A stretch of 64,000 bases of DNA from an uncultured virus (IMG/VR IMGVR_UViG_3300031722_000014) (IMGVR_UViG_3300031722_000014), one strand, 5' to 3'; positions 29,601-39,918 are shown, counted from the first letter of the stretch. Numbers and translations: made by a program. The notes: generated by a model from the sequence alone, not told the origin.

Positions 29601-32600
29601 AAGTTGAAATTAAATATAGAGGCATCTATCGCGTTGTTAAAGTAAGAGATGCTATTTACTTTGTCTCCAATCTTAACCCCTGTAGCTTCATTATCCATTG
29701 TGGCTACGTAATTGACCTCATTCTTAGTTATAAGCCCAATTTCAGCAGCGTAATCAATTTCTTTCTTAACTAAAGAAGTAATAGTAGAACTGATCATTTT
29801 AGACCTATTCTCATACGACTCACTAAAGAATTTCTTATCTAATCTAGCAATCGCCTCGTCCATAGCAGCAACTTCGCCAATTTGAGGGCCCTTAGTTTTA
29901 ATTACATTATCTATGTAGTCATTGAGATCAAATACTCCATTAAACTGATCACCTGGAGTAGTTGAGTTTACATGAAGTATGTCCATGTATCTGAATCTTA
30001 ATCCATTACCATGACCACCAGCCCATTTATTACTCTTAGCTCCTTGATAGTGATAGTTTTCTACCAATTGATCTTTTGTTCCATTAGCGTCTTTTACTTG
30101 TTGCCAGGCTTGTTTTATAGCCTCAAATTCAGCCTTGTAGTATCCATCAAAGATATCTACAGCCTCTTTTGGATATGATATCTGATTATTGAACCAGCTC
30201 ATTCTCTGAACTCCACGACCACGAGAAACCATATCTGGCATTTTAATACCAAATATAAATCCATAAGTCTTCTTATCTGCCATAGCAGGTAATGCTATAT
30301 TGCCAGACAGTAAGTTAGTCATCTTAATTGTGTAGTCCTCTAGTGGGGATATATCAAAATAATCTCTACCTTGGTCAGCTACGCCTTCTTCATATATCTT
30401 AACGAAAGTACCAAATGATATGCCTTTTGAGGTTCCATTTGCTATTTGATTAAATAATATAGATCCTTGATTAATAGGAACAGAAAGCACATCCTTTAAA
30501 TAAGCAGCATCACCTGAAACTCTATCAATTACATCAGTAACTGCATTTCTAGATGATATCTGATACAAAGTAGCTCCATCAGCTCCATAAGCCATTGTCT
30601 CATTTGCGTTTGGATGAACCTTAGCATAAGCTAACGCGTATTCTTTTATAGATCTTTCTCCGCCGAATAACACCTTAGGAGTAACTTCTTTTAATTTTAT
30701 ATTTCCTTTGTTACCATCCTTTTTGATTATGTCTGGCAATATAGTGGTAAATATTTGAGCAGTAGACTTATAGTCATTAATGATTGCATTTATAGCTTGT
30801 TCTCTTGAGAATCCAGGATACTTATTATTTATCATAAAGTCCATAGTCTCACCGTCTACATCTATAGACAATTTACTCAATAACGAAGTAAATACTTCTA
30901 ATGATTTATTAGCCTCTTCTGTAGTCATATTCTTATGAACAGACTTAGCTAAGGCCTTATATGCTTCTACAATTGCTTCTGCATTCTTTTTGTTAAATAC
31001 TCTACCATTTTCAGTCATAGAATAAACTACGCCACCAGATAAAATGTTCTGACCCCAGAATATAGGCAATTCCCTTTCGGCTCTATCTATATTACTTGAT
31101 ATGTTTCTAATAGACTTTTCATAGTCATTACCATCCTTAGTGCTATTTGCATTGTAAACAGTATTAATATAATCATGTCTATGACTATACATTGTGTTCC
31201 AGAATTTAGTCAAGAAGTTATCATCAACAGTAGCTAGTCTTCTTTCTAACATAATAAAGAATGGATTCTTCTTTTCGTTAGCAAGTGAAGAGATTTTGTC
31301 CTTCATTTTCTGTACTGTATTCTCTTTGTGTAGTTCATATATCATGGTATTCCATGCTAATTCAAACTTAACAAACGAGGGCAATAAAGAAAGTGGATCT
31401 GCCTTAGGTGCTGCGGTATTATTAACCATTTCTGACTCAGGAATAGTTCTAATAAAGAATTTAACTTCAGCTCTAATGTTATCTCTTTTTGAGATTTCAT
31501 ACGAAGCCTTATCGTGAGAAGCAGCTTCTTTACTAACTATTTCTTCATTAAGGTCGTCTTTAGTGTCAGTTAGTTCTGTTATTCCAGTGTTCTTAACACT
31601 CTTCTTGATTTCCTTTAAGAAGTAATCATCAAATCGGTCGTGTATTTCGGTGAACAGTTCGTATTGAGTTTGTCTTTCTGGAATTGCTTTATATTTTTCT
31701 GCAAGCTTGGCTATACTGGCTTTTAGTCCATTAAAGTCCAACTTAGATATATTATCAATAGTTTCTATTCCGCTTATTCTAAATAAGTAGTATGACAAAC
31801 TATTTACTATTCTATCCTTGGCCTCTACAGTTTTAATAGTAGTTAATCCAGACTCTCTAAATCTCTTAGGAGCTCCTTCTTCGTATTTCTTAGCAAACTC
31901 ATGTAAATTGCCTTTAGATGGTCTAGCTCCTTTTAATATACCTAATTCTATATCTCTGAATAGTCTTTCAACGTCTCTATCTTTGAAGTTATTATAAGCA
32001 TTAAGAGCGTTATACATCTTTCTAAACACCCTATTAACTACGGTACCATTCGCAATATCAACCTCATTAGATAATACTCTTTCTCTAAATTTCTCAGCTA
32101 ACATTTCCTCTATTTGAGAGTCTGTAGCATTTTTAAATTCTTCGTTAGTATTTCTAATATTATCATATATTGCCATTCTCCTTCTTCTTGGAATAAGCAA
32201 TAATGACGCTCTGTGGAATGCCTCATGGAACTCAGTACCTTTTTGAGCTAATCTAGATAATAATATTAAATCATTTCCAGTCAATCCCTGTGCAAATCCA
32301 CCATTAGCTAATGCTATGACATCATCAATTACGCTCGCTTCAAAGTTATCTCCAAGTTTTTCTCTAAGGAATCTAACTGCAGATTCTGCATCTAAAGTAC
32401 TTGTTGGTAGATTATTAACATCTATCAAGCTCGGTACTCCGCCCATGAAATCATCAAAGAAATCAAGTGGTTTCACTTCTGCAGCAGGAGTCTTAGTTTC
32501 TTCTGCGATTTCCGTTGGATCTGGAGTATATTCGGTAGCAACATCATCTGCAACTGAACTTTTAACTTCAGCAACAGGAGAAGTATTATATGCTCCATCC

Positions 32601-35600
32601 TTTATGGACACAATGTCTTCAGATCCTCTAGGAACAGCAACTACATCAGTCATAAATAAGAATGGTGGTTCAAATACTCCATCGCCAATATCAGATACTA
32701 ATTTCTTATTCTTTATCAGCCACGCAGTCCAAGTGATACCCATATCTTCCTTAGAGAATGTAACTCCAGGAGCAAATGATACAGAACCTTTATCTGAGTT
32801 TCTATCTAAATAAGATTTTATACCAGGAAATAAGTCAGATACTAAATTATCAGTGTTATTATCAGAATTCCATAAATCATTTTTGTCTACAATCCAAGTA
32901 AGATTATCGTTTATAAATTTAAGGATTTCTGCCTTTTCATTTTCCTTTATTAATGATAATGGTATAGTATTTTCACTATAGTGTAATATGCCAGACTCTA
33001 CATAGAACTGTTTATTCTTTAAGAAGTCTTTTCCATCTGCAGAAACATTTGTCTTTCTATCAAAATTGACTATTCTAGACAATAACAATGCAGGAGTAAG
33101 TCCATATGGAGACGTATCAGTAGTCTCTATAACTTCTCCTTTATCTGAGATTGTAATCTGCTTAGCAGTACTACCTCTCATATCTACAGCTAATTTATAT
33201 ACTAATTCTGCTGTTCCAGCCTCATCAGAAAATCTAGTTTTATTTACTTTGATTTTTACTTCTTCATTGGAATTTAATGGATCTGGCTTAGTAATAAATA
33301 TAGAACCAGAGTTTTCACTGTTTGAAATACCCATAGACTCAAATAAAGAAACAACTAAGTTTCCTCCTCTTTCTCCTCTACCGTAAGCAACAGTAAGATT
33401 GTGTACGCCAAGTTTATTTACATCGCTTTCGTCAATTAGTCCAACAATTTCATTAAGAGCTCTTTGTACTGCTCTTCCATTCTTATCCCTATTTAATGCA
33501 TACTTAGCAATACCTCTCTCAAATCCATTCTTCATTCTTAATTCTAAAGATGGATCTGCAATAGTTTTTGCATATTCTGATATGATAGAGTTTCTGAAGT
33601 CTCTAAGAGCTTGAACTTCTTCTGGAGAATACTTCTTCATACCGCTGTCATCAACAACGATATCCCTTTCTCCTGGATTTTTCATTGTAAATATCAATGC
33701 TCTTTCGATCTTTCCATCCTGGAATTTGATATCTACTTTTATGAATGCATTATCCCATGTTTCTGGTAAGTTTACATCAAAGTCATTTAATGCAGTATAA
33801 TCTTCTCCAGTTATAGTATTCTTTACTCCGTTCTGATTTACAGAAGCAGGTACAGTATATGTATTTGTAGTCCCAGATCTATGTCTGTTTACTACGATTT
33901 TAACCTTTGCAGACTTAAATGCGTCTGGATTCATTAAAAATTCTCGTATTATAGGAATCTTTACATCAGCAAATAATGTTCTACTAATTCTATCGTGTTT
34001 GGCAGTTTCAGTAGAAATAAGCCCAGTAATATCATCTGATAGATCATTTATAATTTCAGTGTCAGGTTCCGAGTACACTTCCTCTAAATCGTTATTATCT
34101 TTGATATCGGCCAATACCTCTGCATTGTTATCAACTATAGACGGCTCTATATCGACTGGTTTATCTGGATTTTGATCTGGCTCAACGATATCTGACTGAA
34201 TACCTGAATTCATCTCGTCTATCATAGAATCTACATCTCCAGTTAAATCCTCTACTGCCCCAGCCTCGGTATCTACTATTGGAATTATATCAGGAGTTTC
34301 TGTTGGAATAGGAGATTCTGCCTCTGCAGGAACTACTTCTGCTACATGTTCTAGTTCTTCAGATGTACTCTCATACGTTGGAACTATAGGTTCCTCTTCT
34401 TCAGATACTTCAGACTTTACTTCATCTACAACTTCCTTTACTTTTTCGGCTTCTAATTCCTCTTTCTTTTTAGTTCTATACGCGTCAAGAATCTCATCTA
34501 TATAAATATCATGGTCTTGAGTAGATAATTTATCCTGCTTTTCGATTGGATTATTCATCAACTCCCTCTTCATGTAGTTATTATAATCATATCCCATCAA
34601 TGATATCTTAGATTTACCCATTGGTATCAAGAAGTCATTTTCTATAGATGGAATATCCAATTCGTCTACTTTACTTAATAGATTATCCAGAGAAGGATCT
34701 GACACGTCTTCTTTGCTGATTAATCCATTAGATATTAATTGATTATGAAGATTAGTAACAGCTGCGTTTCTTTCTTTATTTAAAGACCTATTAAGAACAT
34801 CTAGCTTAGTCTGAGAGATTTTGTCCTTAGCTTTATTAACGAACAATATACTATTCAAAACCTTTGCCTCTGCTATAGCATTGAATATATCATTTTGAGA
34901 AGCGGTAGATATTGGATTTTCTGGATTATTCTCATTGTGTTGATCGAAGAACTCCTTAAATGAAGAATCTTTGAATTTATCTCTTTTTACTGCCTCAAAT
35001 TCAGATAGATTAGAAACAGCCTCAAATTTATCCTGATTAGCAGATTCTTCGTGGTCAATAAATAATGCAGTAAGTAATTTATGGGCTTCTGACCCAACTC
35101 CTCCAGCTCTATTTGCGTATCCAAGTATTTTTTTATTATTAGCAACAGCCATTGTCCTCTGAGCTATTCTAGCCTCATCCTTTATATCCTCAGTAGAGAT
35201 TCCTTCTGGAGGATTTTGAGCTAGCTCATTCAGATAGTTTACTATATACTCTTCTTTTCCTTTGGTGACGGCGTCAACATATACATTCGTTTTATTGACT
35301 CTATCGGCAGTCTGCATGTCTTTTATAACATTCCCTTTCACGAAAGCCTTTGCCTTTTGCTCTTTTTGGGCGTTAGACATTTCTTTTATCGTACCCGGCA
35401 AGCCCATAACCCCAGTATGTATACTGGTGGTCAAAAGGGTCATAACGAAATTCTCATTTATCCCTTTTTGATATTTAGCATCCTCTCCAACTCCCCACTG
35501 AGCCAAGTGCGCAGATACAGCAAAATTTGCAGTATTAGTTATAGCATCCATTAAGTTGTTAGAGTCCTTTAACTTGCCATCTTCGTACTTGTACTGAATC

Positions 35601-37891
35601 AACTGTTGCGGATTTTCCTCTAAGAAAGCCTCTGAAAGTCCTTCGACAACCATTCTTTTTCCAGTCCTTCCTACAAATTCCGGAACAGCACCAACTCGAA
35701 CTCCAGCTAAAGAGAAATTATTGACTTTATTCACCATCTTCCCGGCAGTAGAATTGACTAAGTAATCAGAAACCATTTCTGATGTCCTATTTATAGACCC
35801 AAACAATGATTGATCAAATTTATTTACAGCTGCTATCTTATTTGCATTGAATGGAGCAGATATATATGAATTCTGAGCCATATCTATAGCAAGCATAGAC
35901 ATATATTCTCTAAGATATTCGTCTACGCCACTTAATGCGTGACTTCTGGCGCTGTTTATCTTATCATCTATCTTAGTTTTAAGAAATCCAGATTGGATAT
36001 CACTAAGCAATTTGCCTCTAGTCTCTTTTGATAAAGCCCCAGTCTTATTTAACTCAGAAATTGCATTATCGTAATTACTTAAAACGCTAGAATATCCTAT
36101 ATTACCATTTTTCTGAACATCACTAGAATTTAGAGATGACAAAGATTTGTTTCTGTCAACAATTTCGAGCAATTTCTTATCAGAAAATGATTTCCCATCG
36201 AAAATATCATATGACAATCCAGTAGTCGGATCTTTTTCTTTTGCTAGTTGCTCTGAAAACCTCTTAGTATAGCTTGGAAGCAGCTGAGAATAAGCCTCAG
36301 ACTCTCTGGATTTCACAGACATATATGCATTAGACATTGCTCCAGATAGAATTCCACCTTTTGTTACTAAGTAGTCTAATACTGGTCTAGTACCATTTGC
36401 AGATATAAGACCTCTTGTGAGTCCAGAAACAGCAGCAGTAGCCGCCTGATTTACTATCATAGGAACAATCATAGAAGAAGAAGCCCCTAAACTCTGCGTA
36501 ACATTTGCCAGCGTTGGGTATTCTGTATTTATCTCCTCATCGGGAGCTGCAGTTCTATCTTTCATGTACTGAAATTTTCCAGCCCAATCCTTGTTGGCTT
36601 TGTAGTCCTCATATAAGGCCTTAGTAGCTTTATCTTTCCAGTCTTTTCCGGCAGAAGTGTTGTTTATGTTTTTGCCAGCTACGATTTCGTCAATACTTGG
36701 AAATTTATCTCTAAATTTACCATTCATTTTTGACAATGCAATTATTGAGTTGCCAAGTCTAGCATTTGTTTCTTGAAGCTCATCCGGTATCTCAGCAGGA
36801 TCAAGCCTTCTCCATCCAGTATTCTGGTTAACTGCATCAGAATTTGAATACGCACCATAAGCGGCAGCAGCATAAGGTGCTATCTTTGGCAAAATAGTTC
36901 CATCTATCAATGACGTACCTAATAACATAGGAGCAGTAGTCTTAGACGCTCCTTCATTTACGCCAGCCAATAAATCACTACCAATTGTAGTTTTTCCAGA
37001 CCTAACATCAAACCTATCTTGTCTGTCGGCTCTCTGGTCTTTTTGTATATCTCCAGCACTATTCTTAAATATCCTATTGTTTTGGTCTGTATCTCCAAAT
37101 ATACTTCTAATTGGATTTTCTATATCTCCAAGTATTTTTGTTGGATTCTTAGCCCACGAGTCTAACACTCTTAATGGAGCCTTAAATGCAGATACAACAT
37201 TGTCCAATAAATCAGGACTATCAACAGCATTCTTTTCTAGTTGCTTATTTAAATCATACTTCCATTTTTCCTCTGCGTTTAATTTATCTCTAACTGGATC
37301 GCTAGGAGCCACATATGGAGTAAAGTTTTTTGTCTGTCCTTTAGCATATAAATCTATCAATTTGTATGTATTTGGATCATTTGCAGACTCACTTAATATG
37401 TCTTTCGCCTCCAATAATGGAGTGATTTCGTTGAGTGTTTTGGCTTCAAACCATGTCATTCCAGTGTTATATACACCTCCTGCAAAGTTCTTAAACGAGT
37501 TTCCAGCAAGATCAAATAGGCTATAATCCTTTTTTGTTTTTGACTGCTGATTATTGGGGGCTACAATGCCCTTCTCGCTTGTTTTAAGCTCCTTGGTGGC
37601 CTTTTCTCTCAGTTCTGGACTAATTGTATCAGTTGGAACTATAGAGTCCGTAGCGGGGTTAAAAACAGCATCCTGAGACGTTTGCTCGGATTGGTTAACT
37701 GCAGTATTTTGTACTGGTTTTGTCGGTTTTTGAGGTTCAGATGCTACTGCGGATTCTTGTTCGCTCTTACGTAGTTCATCTTCTAGCTCTTGTCTTCTAT
37801 AGGATCGATTAGAAACAGCAGAGGCCGGATTTAAATCCGACCATCTCATGCTGCCGCTATTCAGCGCGGCCCTAATTTCTTGTTTTGTCAT
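23627..37891 (-). CDS. Virion-packaged DNA-dependent RNA polymerase (crAss-type single giant polypeptide)
   Basis: 4754 aa; YRIPTQG and catalytic GSDFDVDKLY (about 27783-27812), NAHVDVAKDP; zincin HEAFH at 32213-32227. Confidence 0.92.
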   Translation of the reverse strand: MTKQEIRAALNSGSMRWSDLNPASAVSNRSYRRQELEDELRKSEQESAVASEPQKPTKPVQNTAVNQSEQTSQDAVFNPATDSIVPTDTISPELREKATKELKTSEKGIVAPNNQQSKTKKDYSLFDLAGNSFKNFAGGVYNTGMTWFEAKTLNEITPLLEAKDILSESANDPNTYKLIDLYAKGQTKNFTPYVAPSDPVRDKLNAEEKWKYDLNKQLEKNAVDSPDLLDNVVSAFKAPLRVLDSWAKNPTKILGDIENPIRSIFGDTDQNNRIFKNSAGDIQKDQRADRQDRFDVRSGKTTIGSDLLAGVNEGASKTTAPMLLGTSLIDGTILPKIAPYAAAAYGAYSNSDAVNQNTGWRRLDPAEIPDELQETNARLGNSIIALSKMNGKFRDKFPSIDEIVAGKNINNTSAGKDWKDKATKALYEDYKANKDWAGKFQYMKDRTAAPDEEINTEYPTLANVTQSLGASSSMIVPMIVNQAATAAVSGLTRGLISANGTRPVLDYLVTKGGILSGAMSNAYMSVKSRESEAYSQLLPSYTKRFSEQLAKEKDPTTGLSYDIFDGKSFSDKKLLEIVDRNKSLSSLNSSDVQKNGNIGYSSVLSNYDNAISELNKTGALSKETRGKLLSDIQSGFLKTKIDDKINSARSHALSGVDEYLREYMSMLAIDMAQNSYISAPFNANKIAAVNKFDQSLFGSINRTSEMVSDYLVNSTAGKMVNKVNNFSLAGVRVGAVPEFVGRTGKRMVVEGLSEAFLEENPQQLIQYKYEDGKLKDSNNLMDAITNTANFAVSAHLAQWGVGEDAKYQKGINENFVMTLLTTSIHTGVMGLPGTIKEMSNAQKEQKAKAFVKGNVIKDMQTADRVNKTNVYVDAVTKGKEEYIVNYLNELAQNPPEGISTEDIKDEARIAQRTMAVANNKKILGYANRAGGVGSEAHKLLTALFIDHEESANQDKFEAVSNLSEFEAVKRDKFKDSSFKEFFDQHNENNPENPISTASQNDIFNAIAEAKVLNSILFVNKAKDKISQTKLDVLNRSLNKERNAAVTNLHNQLISNGLISKEDVSDPSLDNLLSKVDELDIPSIENDFLIPMGKSKISLMGYDYNNYMKRELMNNPIEKQDKLSTQDHDIYIDEILDAYRTKKKEELEAEKVKEVVDEVKSEVSEEEEPIVPTYESTSEELEHVAEVVPAEAESPIPTETPDIIPIVDTEAGAVEDLTGDVDSMIDEMNSGIQSDIVEPDQNPDKPVDIEPSIVDNNAEVLADIKDNNDLEEVYSEPDTEIINDLSDDITGLISTETAKHDRISRTLFADVKIPIIREFLMNPDAFKSAKVKIVVNRHRSGTTNTYTVPASVNQNGVKNTITGEDYTALNDFDVNLPETWDNAFIKVDIKFQDGKIERALIFTMKNPGERDIVVDDSGMKKYSPEEVQALRDFRNSIISEYAKTIADPSLELRMKNGFERGIAKYALNRDKNGRAVQRALNEIVGLIDESDVNKLGVHNLTVAYGRGERGGNLVVSLFESMGISNSENSGSIFITKPDPLNSNEEVKIKVNKTRFSDEAGTAELVYKLAVDMRGSTAKQITISDKGEVIETTDTSPYGLTPALLLSRIVNFDRKTNVSADGKDFLKNKQFYVESGILHYSENTIPLSLIKENEKAEILKFINDNLTWIVDKNDLWNSDNNTDNLVSDLFPGIKSYLDRNSDKGSVSFAPGVTFSKEDMGITWTAWLIKNKKLVSDIGDGVFEPPFLFMTDVVAVPRGSEDIVSIKDGAYNTSPVAEVKSSVADDVATEYTPDPTEIAEETKTPAAEVKPLDFFDDFMGGVPSLIDVNNLPTSTLDAESAVRFLREKLGDNFEASVIDDVIALANGGFAQGLTGNDLILLSRLAQKGTEFHEAFHRASLLLIPRRRRMAIYDNIRNTNEEFKNATDSQIEEMLAEKFRERVLSNEVDIANGTVVNRVFRKMYNALNAYNNFKDRDVERLFRDIELGILKGARPSKGNLHEFAKKYEEGAPKRFRESGLTTIKTVEAKDRIVNSLSYYLFRISGIETIDNISKLDFNGLKASIAKLAEKYKAIPERQTQYELFTEIHDRFDDYFLKEIKKSVKNTGITELTDTKDDLNEEIVSKEAASHDKASYEISKRDNIRAEVKFFIRTIPESEMVNNTAAPKADPLSLLPSFVKFELAWNTMIYELHKENTVQKMKDKISSLANEKKNPFFIMLERRLATVDDNFLTKFWNTMYSHRHDYINTVYNANSTKDGNDYEKSIRNISSNIDRAERELPIFWGQNILSGGVVYSMTENGRVFNKKNAEAIVEAYKALAKSVHKNMTTEEANKSLEVFTSLLSKLSIDVDGETMDFMINNKYPGFSREQAINAIINDYKSTAQIFTTILPDIIKKDGNKGNIKLKEVTPKVLFGGERSIKEYALAYAKVHPNANETMAYGADGATLYQISSRNAVTDVIDRVSGDAAYLKDVLSVPINQGSILFNQIANGTSKGISFGTFVKIYEEGVADQGRDYFDISPLEDYTIKMTNLLSGNIALPAMADKKTYGFIFGIKMPDMVSRGRGVQRMSWFNNQISYPKEAVDIFDGYYKAEFEAIKQAWQQVKDANGTKDQLVENYHYQGAKSNKWAGGHGNGLRFRYMDILHVNSTTPGDQFNGVFDLNDYIDNVIKTKGPQIGEVAAMDEAIARLDKKFFSESYENRSKMISSTITSLVKKEIDYAAEIGLITKNEVNYVATMDNEATGVKIGDKVNSISYFNNAIDASIFNFNLEQYKKAGIDSKSVNMVAITNIMANTTINSIISEFETDKLISKDSAFYLNTDDKTKRLSSVLSTGTALRTSFPQGHVLQGISSFNVAEVSDSIIKSTELGTIKNMSYAAQVNRLMQQSGVDVISDLSDIYSDPNRKAELDELKGKFPKQFNLAEALVDAQSKEYEKVNVTDATAYISPYMYRSLMTRLGEDYFTPEMNEIFDILESDDFSWMNDPTKYAKVEDLAIHPLKMVYFGESFQNGLNIPKLNKMALFILPKFLATGDLKTLYDRMNNPAAGQQKVDMVAFSTAVKVGTDKPVSIHNDKNEQELSDLSKMKVVPQSFDYLRHQLPTEPHEGAEMSIATQVQKASMGNIVATDIYPNIEINGKKGATGAQLVQEWNGAMSELSDRGKIEVEKQFGIKVDETTGNYSFNTEKMYNFLAQEAEKSNMPSDVVEILGEYDKENPDANPLQALVDNAFVESKILSNILKKTVDIKAPGGMFIQMTPFGLKHMDDSSAAYRINGGKKLRFLNSDGSMDCVVSITLFKDRLPQELNTYDEKVNWLRENNVIGENANPAAMGYRIPTQGLSSVSGLKIVDVLPEFMGDTIVLPYEFTALTGSDFDVDKLYITRLNYETSYTYDKDEATEKEREAEYTTYINTPNFSPRAKKDIVRAEIPNFDDDRARVEFANKRGYFYDIKNSAWATVRHEGVEKTQMDDSKADKWKENSTKAIQNRFIDVMMAVVTNPNSVNETRIPLDAMKGEVLKTLAIIDEKSGGQVKLSGMDKATLSYESKKKIEYSGGKQGIPTFALAGVHHVLTQIAKLRFKNNGTVNKFGLANLGDIYGKDGVRILDWLSAMVNAHVDVAKDPYIIRMGVNQYTHKMTSLLLRTGYGAKTFLFLSQPALKEAYKIMDTKGSEYLSGVRNAKSTTIEKQVDLLIVQYKENARKSAKNDYDRAQFKKLYKEGKYGKEVIQNENVFDNLNLVNGLARKDKTFDYYYHQLIALETFKELSPLASSLAEVVKYSQVDTKKAGNSFSSQRLFFNKVKELISTKSSFANLPELFLNTFIYKKLQNSAGLAAKLGQGVLFRTTKSVEISADKVLAAAGRYGQDNRELISKVNKYIDSKIKSEFFDKLAEDRGVNVPGLFFGSNTIAKRLFAIQQKFPQETQDNVFLRGMSAEMYAPFEQERPDHIRPRNNNTNEPGLVEEIKQHFSSLLDSQNAEIKKFAEDFILYQFYSTGDNHASNTVKISEYDRRDLSIPTEDGGTMSYYDFVRNKLGDLSNMDEALTDTDLQDIFINKWYDKDLVSTVENFTMDSDPEVDDGKPFKVLMPQIMSTKGIDGVQYPLSFVNTKSWPLFGKDEQGIDTYYHAPFVKLQFFPEEGNPFHVLYKWVGNVPTDSEKSPYQPMYIAIDKKGSKKDAVSVVEHNSDKSMIKANILPQSFNGVNKITGAEYAQARVYAEEYNRLLNSRREQNELFNFDDEIYDPYNLVEDISSTELESVISSAVEVAIISGDYTIANLEQMLDTYDSVPSEAMRQAKYEFAKRILERSDELTPSTDIINQTGEESVLEAIKTSVEAYLRPILEANKADEREPLSLDFGENIKTISLSNIKYSRDLVEKNPKTIYVFTDNTDRTSGTTPNVGGWYAKKYGEGLSFGSVNNPTTAVIRGANNAFPISTMKWFYKNHNVSVNDARWIDSDIVQFKSTIDDEINQIKIALSTGNYDNVVIPSGDGFFNSKIADISKTRTPVLYDYLKNAWSNFENEISRKDNTKSAVSNKEAVLEITSKDRIIWAHPGIGKSYAKEQGEDIIVLDDDYKEEHRALIKMKRDGAPAVEYEQALLDYWNKAKEDAKESGKQLFVSDLPILKRFPDDFDKVLNMSDETFAKRSEQRGEVWDNENASWKVAINDVMGTLDQSKVVTTDRYMSDILGTKESILPTLAPVAQSEIERNVNDIAKFREAQGLNVKTVEELWSTYRFKIARKAPGTTMADIQKVSDEIGLDKLEEYIKKCY
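24905..25037. repeat. Dispersed bipartite phased DNA motif, copy C (inside the RNAP gene)
   Basis: TAAGACACTTTCTTC at 24956 and TAAAATGCGTT at 25022, identical in sequence and spacing to 56081/56147; CGCTTGTTTTAA at 24937 shared with 37576. Confidence 0.7.
37570..37680. repeat. Dispersed bipartite phased DNA motif, copy E (inside the RNAP gene)
   Basis: CGCTTGTTTTAA (37576), TAATT (+45), TCAGT (+53), GAGT (+68), TAAAA (+84) match copy C offsets +45, +53, +67, +85. Confidence 0.6.
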
Positions 37892-37918
37892 ATTAGTTTA
37901 ATTAAGACTATATTTTAA

Positions 37919-39907
37919 TTAGTTATCATCTGTAGTATATGCATCTGCTTCTGAAGCCGAGTTTGTCTCTGATGCCGTAACGCTTGTTTCTTTTTTAGTT
38001 TGGTAATTATCCTTGCCAAATTTATGCATTAAATTCTGATTATATACAGTATTTTCCATTTCAGTACTAGCTCCAGTTCCAGGCATAAATATAGGTACTT
38101 TTACAAATTCTTTTTTAACTGAGACATTCAAATATGTTTTTGGATCAACTTCTTTATCTTTTGTTGAGAATATTTCCGTACCATACAATCCAACCAAAGC
38201 ATTCTGCTCTTCTTGTGAAAGCTCATCTTTAGGAATATAATACACTCCAGTAAGCTCTGAATTTTGTCCCTCTATCTTAGTTTGTCCTCCAGGAATTGTA
38301 AATCCTTTATTGTCATACGCTCCTGATTTCAATTTAGCGGTGAATGTTCTAAGCCCGAGTTCAGCTTTAGGTCTATCGCTCTTTTGTACTCTAGAGACTT
38401 CATCGCGAATAGCTAGATTTTCATCATTTTCATTGGCGGCGCTTCTTATCTTTAACTTAGTATTACTTCCAATTATTCCCTCTGCATTTGGACCAGCCGC
38501 AAATACCATTTTAGACGAAGGTCCAAATACTATTTTTGCAAATTCAGTACCAACTACAGCAGGAGTATCTACTAGATTAAGTTCATTCAACTGTTGTCTA
38601 TTGAAGTATATACTTTCTCCCTTTCCTCTCATGGCTTTAGCCTCTTCGTTACTAACAGATTGTCTAAATGCATTAGAAGTGCTTCTTAATATAACATTCT
38701 TTTTGTCATATTCACTAGTAAGATTAGATATTTGCGAAGTATAATCATCTACAGGTTTTCCGGCTGCCTGTGCTACAGATTTATCTGATGTTAATTTATC
38801 TATTTTTTCCTTAATTGCATCTCTATCCATCTTAGTAACTATATATGTGGCAGATTCTGCGGAACCAAGCATATTCTTAGCCACATTAAATCTCGCATTA
38901 GGATCAGTGTATTTAGCCAAATGTAGTGCAGTTTTATTCTCTACATGAGTAGTCTTGAAAGATGCAACATCTTCTTGTTTTCCATTGAGCCAATTTTGAA
39001 TTACCTTGGCATTTTCAACTTCTTTTTGTTTCAATCCTAACATCTGATTATGATATAATCTCTGCTCAGCCATTCTATTAGCATCCGCTCCAGCTTGATC
39101 GTACATAAGAGTATTTCCAATTGTAGCATCCATCTTAGCATTAGCAACCATTGTCTTAGCGTATTCTCCTCTCCAATTCTGTATCAATACAGGCTGTTTA
39201 GTAGCAGGATCTTTCTTAAATAGACTAGGAGTTGAATTAGGATTAATTTTACCATCCTTCATGTCTTTATCTACAAGTAAGTTTAACTCTGGATCTGATG
39301 AAATCTCATTAGCCTTATCATTTACTACGTGTTTAACGTCAGTAGGATCCACTCCCATTACAAAGTATCCACCTTCTTTTCTAAGTTTCCTTGCTTTTAT
39401 TTCTTTAGTATAAGCATCTCCAGCTCCTTCCCATCCACGGTATTCCATGGTATTACCAGAATATATCTGACCAGTGTTCTTAGTGTCGTAGCTGTTAAAG
39501 ATATCAGTATAAGTAGAACCCCATTTAGGATCAACTTTAGCTGCTGCTTGTTTTAAATTTTCCTTAGACTCAAGCATATTCTTAGCATTAGGATCATTCT
39601 GTATCTTCCTTTTGATAGATGCCAAACCACTAAGAACTTCCGGATTAGTTAAATCGTAGTTGCTTTTTACTTTTTCATTTATAAAGTTAGATATTACATC
39701 TCCATAATCTGCAGTCCAATTAGCATTGTCTACCTTAGACAGAGACCCCAATGAACTCATTGCACTAAGATTATCTACTAATTCAGTTCCTTTGTCCATA
39801 TCAGACTGAGCCTTATCTGCCATCTTGTATAACCCTTCAAATTGGATTGGTACGTATGTATTGATAAATTGTGCCTGAGCAGGACTATCGTATAAATTTA
39901 CTCCCAT
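37919..39907 (-). CDS. Putative virion cargo/ejection protein
   Basis: 662 aa, immediately upstream of RNAP in the position of crAss-like cargo genes; N-terminal NLYD.PAQAQFINTYVPI. Confidence 0.65.
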   Translation of the reverse strand: MGVNLYDSPAQAQFINTYVPIQFEGLYKMADKAQSDMDKGTELVDNLSAMSSLGSLSKVDNANWTADYGDVISNFINEKVKSNYDLTNPEVLSGLASIKRKIQNDPNAKNMLESKENLKQAAAKVDPKWGSTYTDIFNSYDTKNTGQIYSGNTMEYRGWEGAGDAYTKEIKARKLRKEGGYFVMGVDPTDVKHVVNDKANEISSDPELNLLVDKDMKDGKINPNSTPSLFKKDPATKQPVLIQNWRGEYAKTMVANAKMDATIGNTLMYDQAGADANRMAEQRLYHNQMLGLKQKEVENAKVIQNWLNGKQEDVASFKTTHVENKTALHLAKYTDPNARFNVAKNMLGSAESATYIVTKMDRDAIKEKIDKLTSDKSVAQAAGKPVDDYTSQISNLTSEYDKKNVILRSTSNAFRQSVSNEEAKAMRGKGESIYFNRQQLNELNLVDTPAVVGTEFAKIVFGPSSKMVFAAGPNAEGIIGSNTKLKIRSAANENDENLAIRDEVSRVQKSDRPKAELGLRTFTAKLKSGAYDNKGFTIPGGQTKIEGQNSELTGVYYIPKDELSQEEQNALVGLYGTEIFSTKDKEVDPKTYLNVSVKKEFVKVPIFMPGTGASTEMENTVYNQNLMHKFGKDNYQTKKETSVTASETNSASEADAYTTDDN

Positions 39908-39918
39908 TATATTTTAGT

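Noticed and set aside
34030..34460. Acidic, proline-rich segment in the RNAP gene
   Set aside because: Looks like an ordinary low-complexity linker; no intein motifs or tandem DNA repeat.
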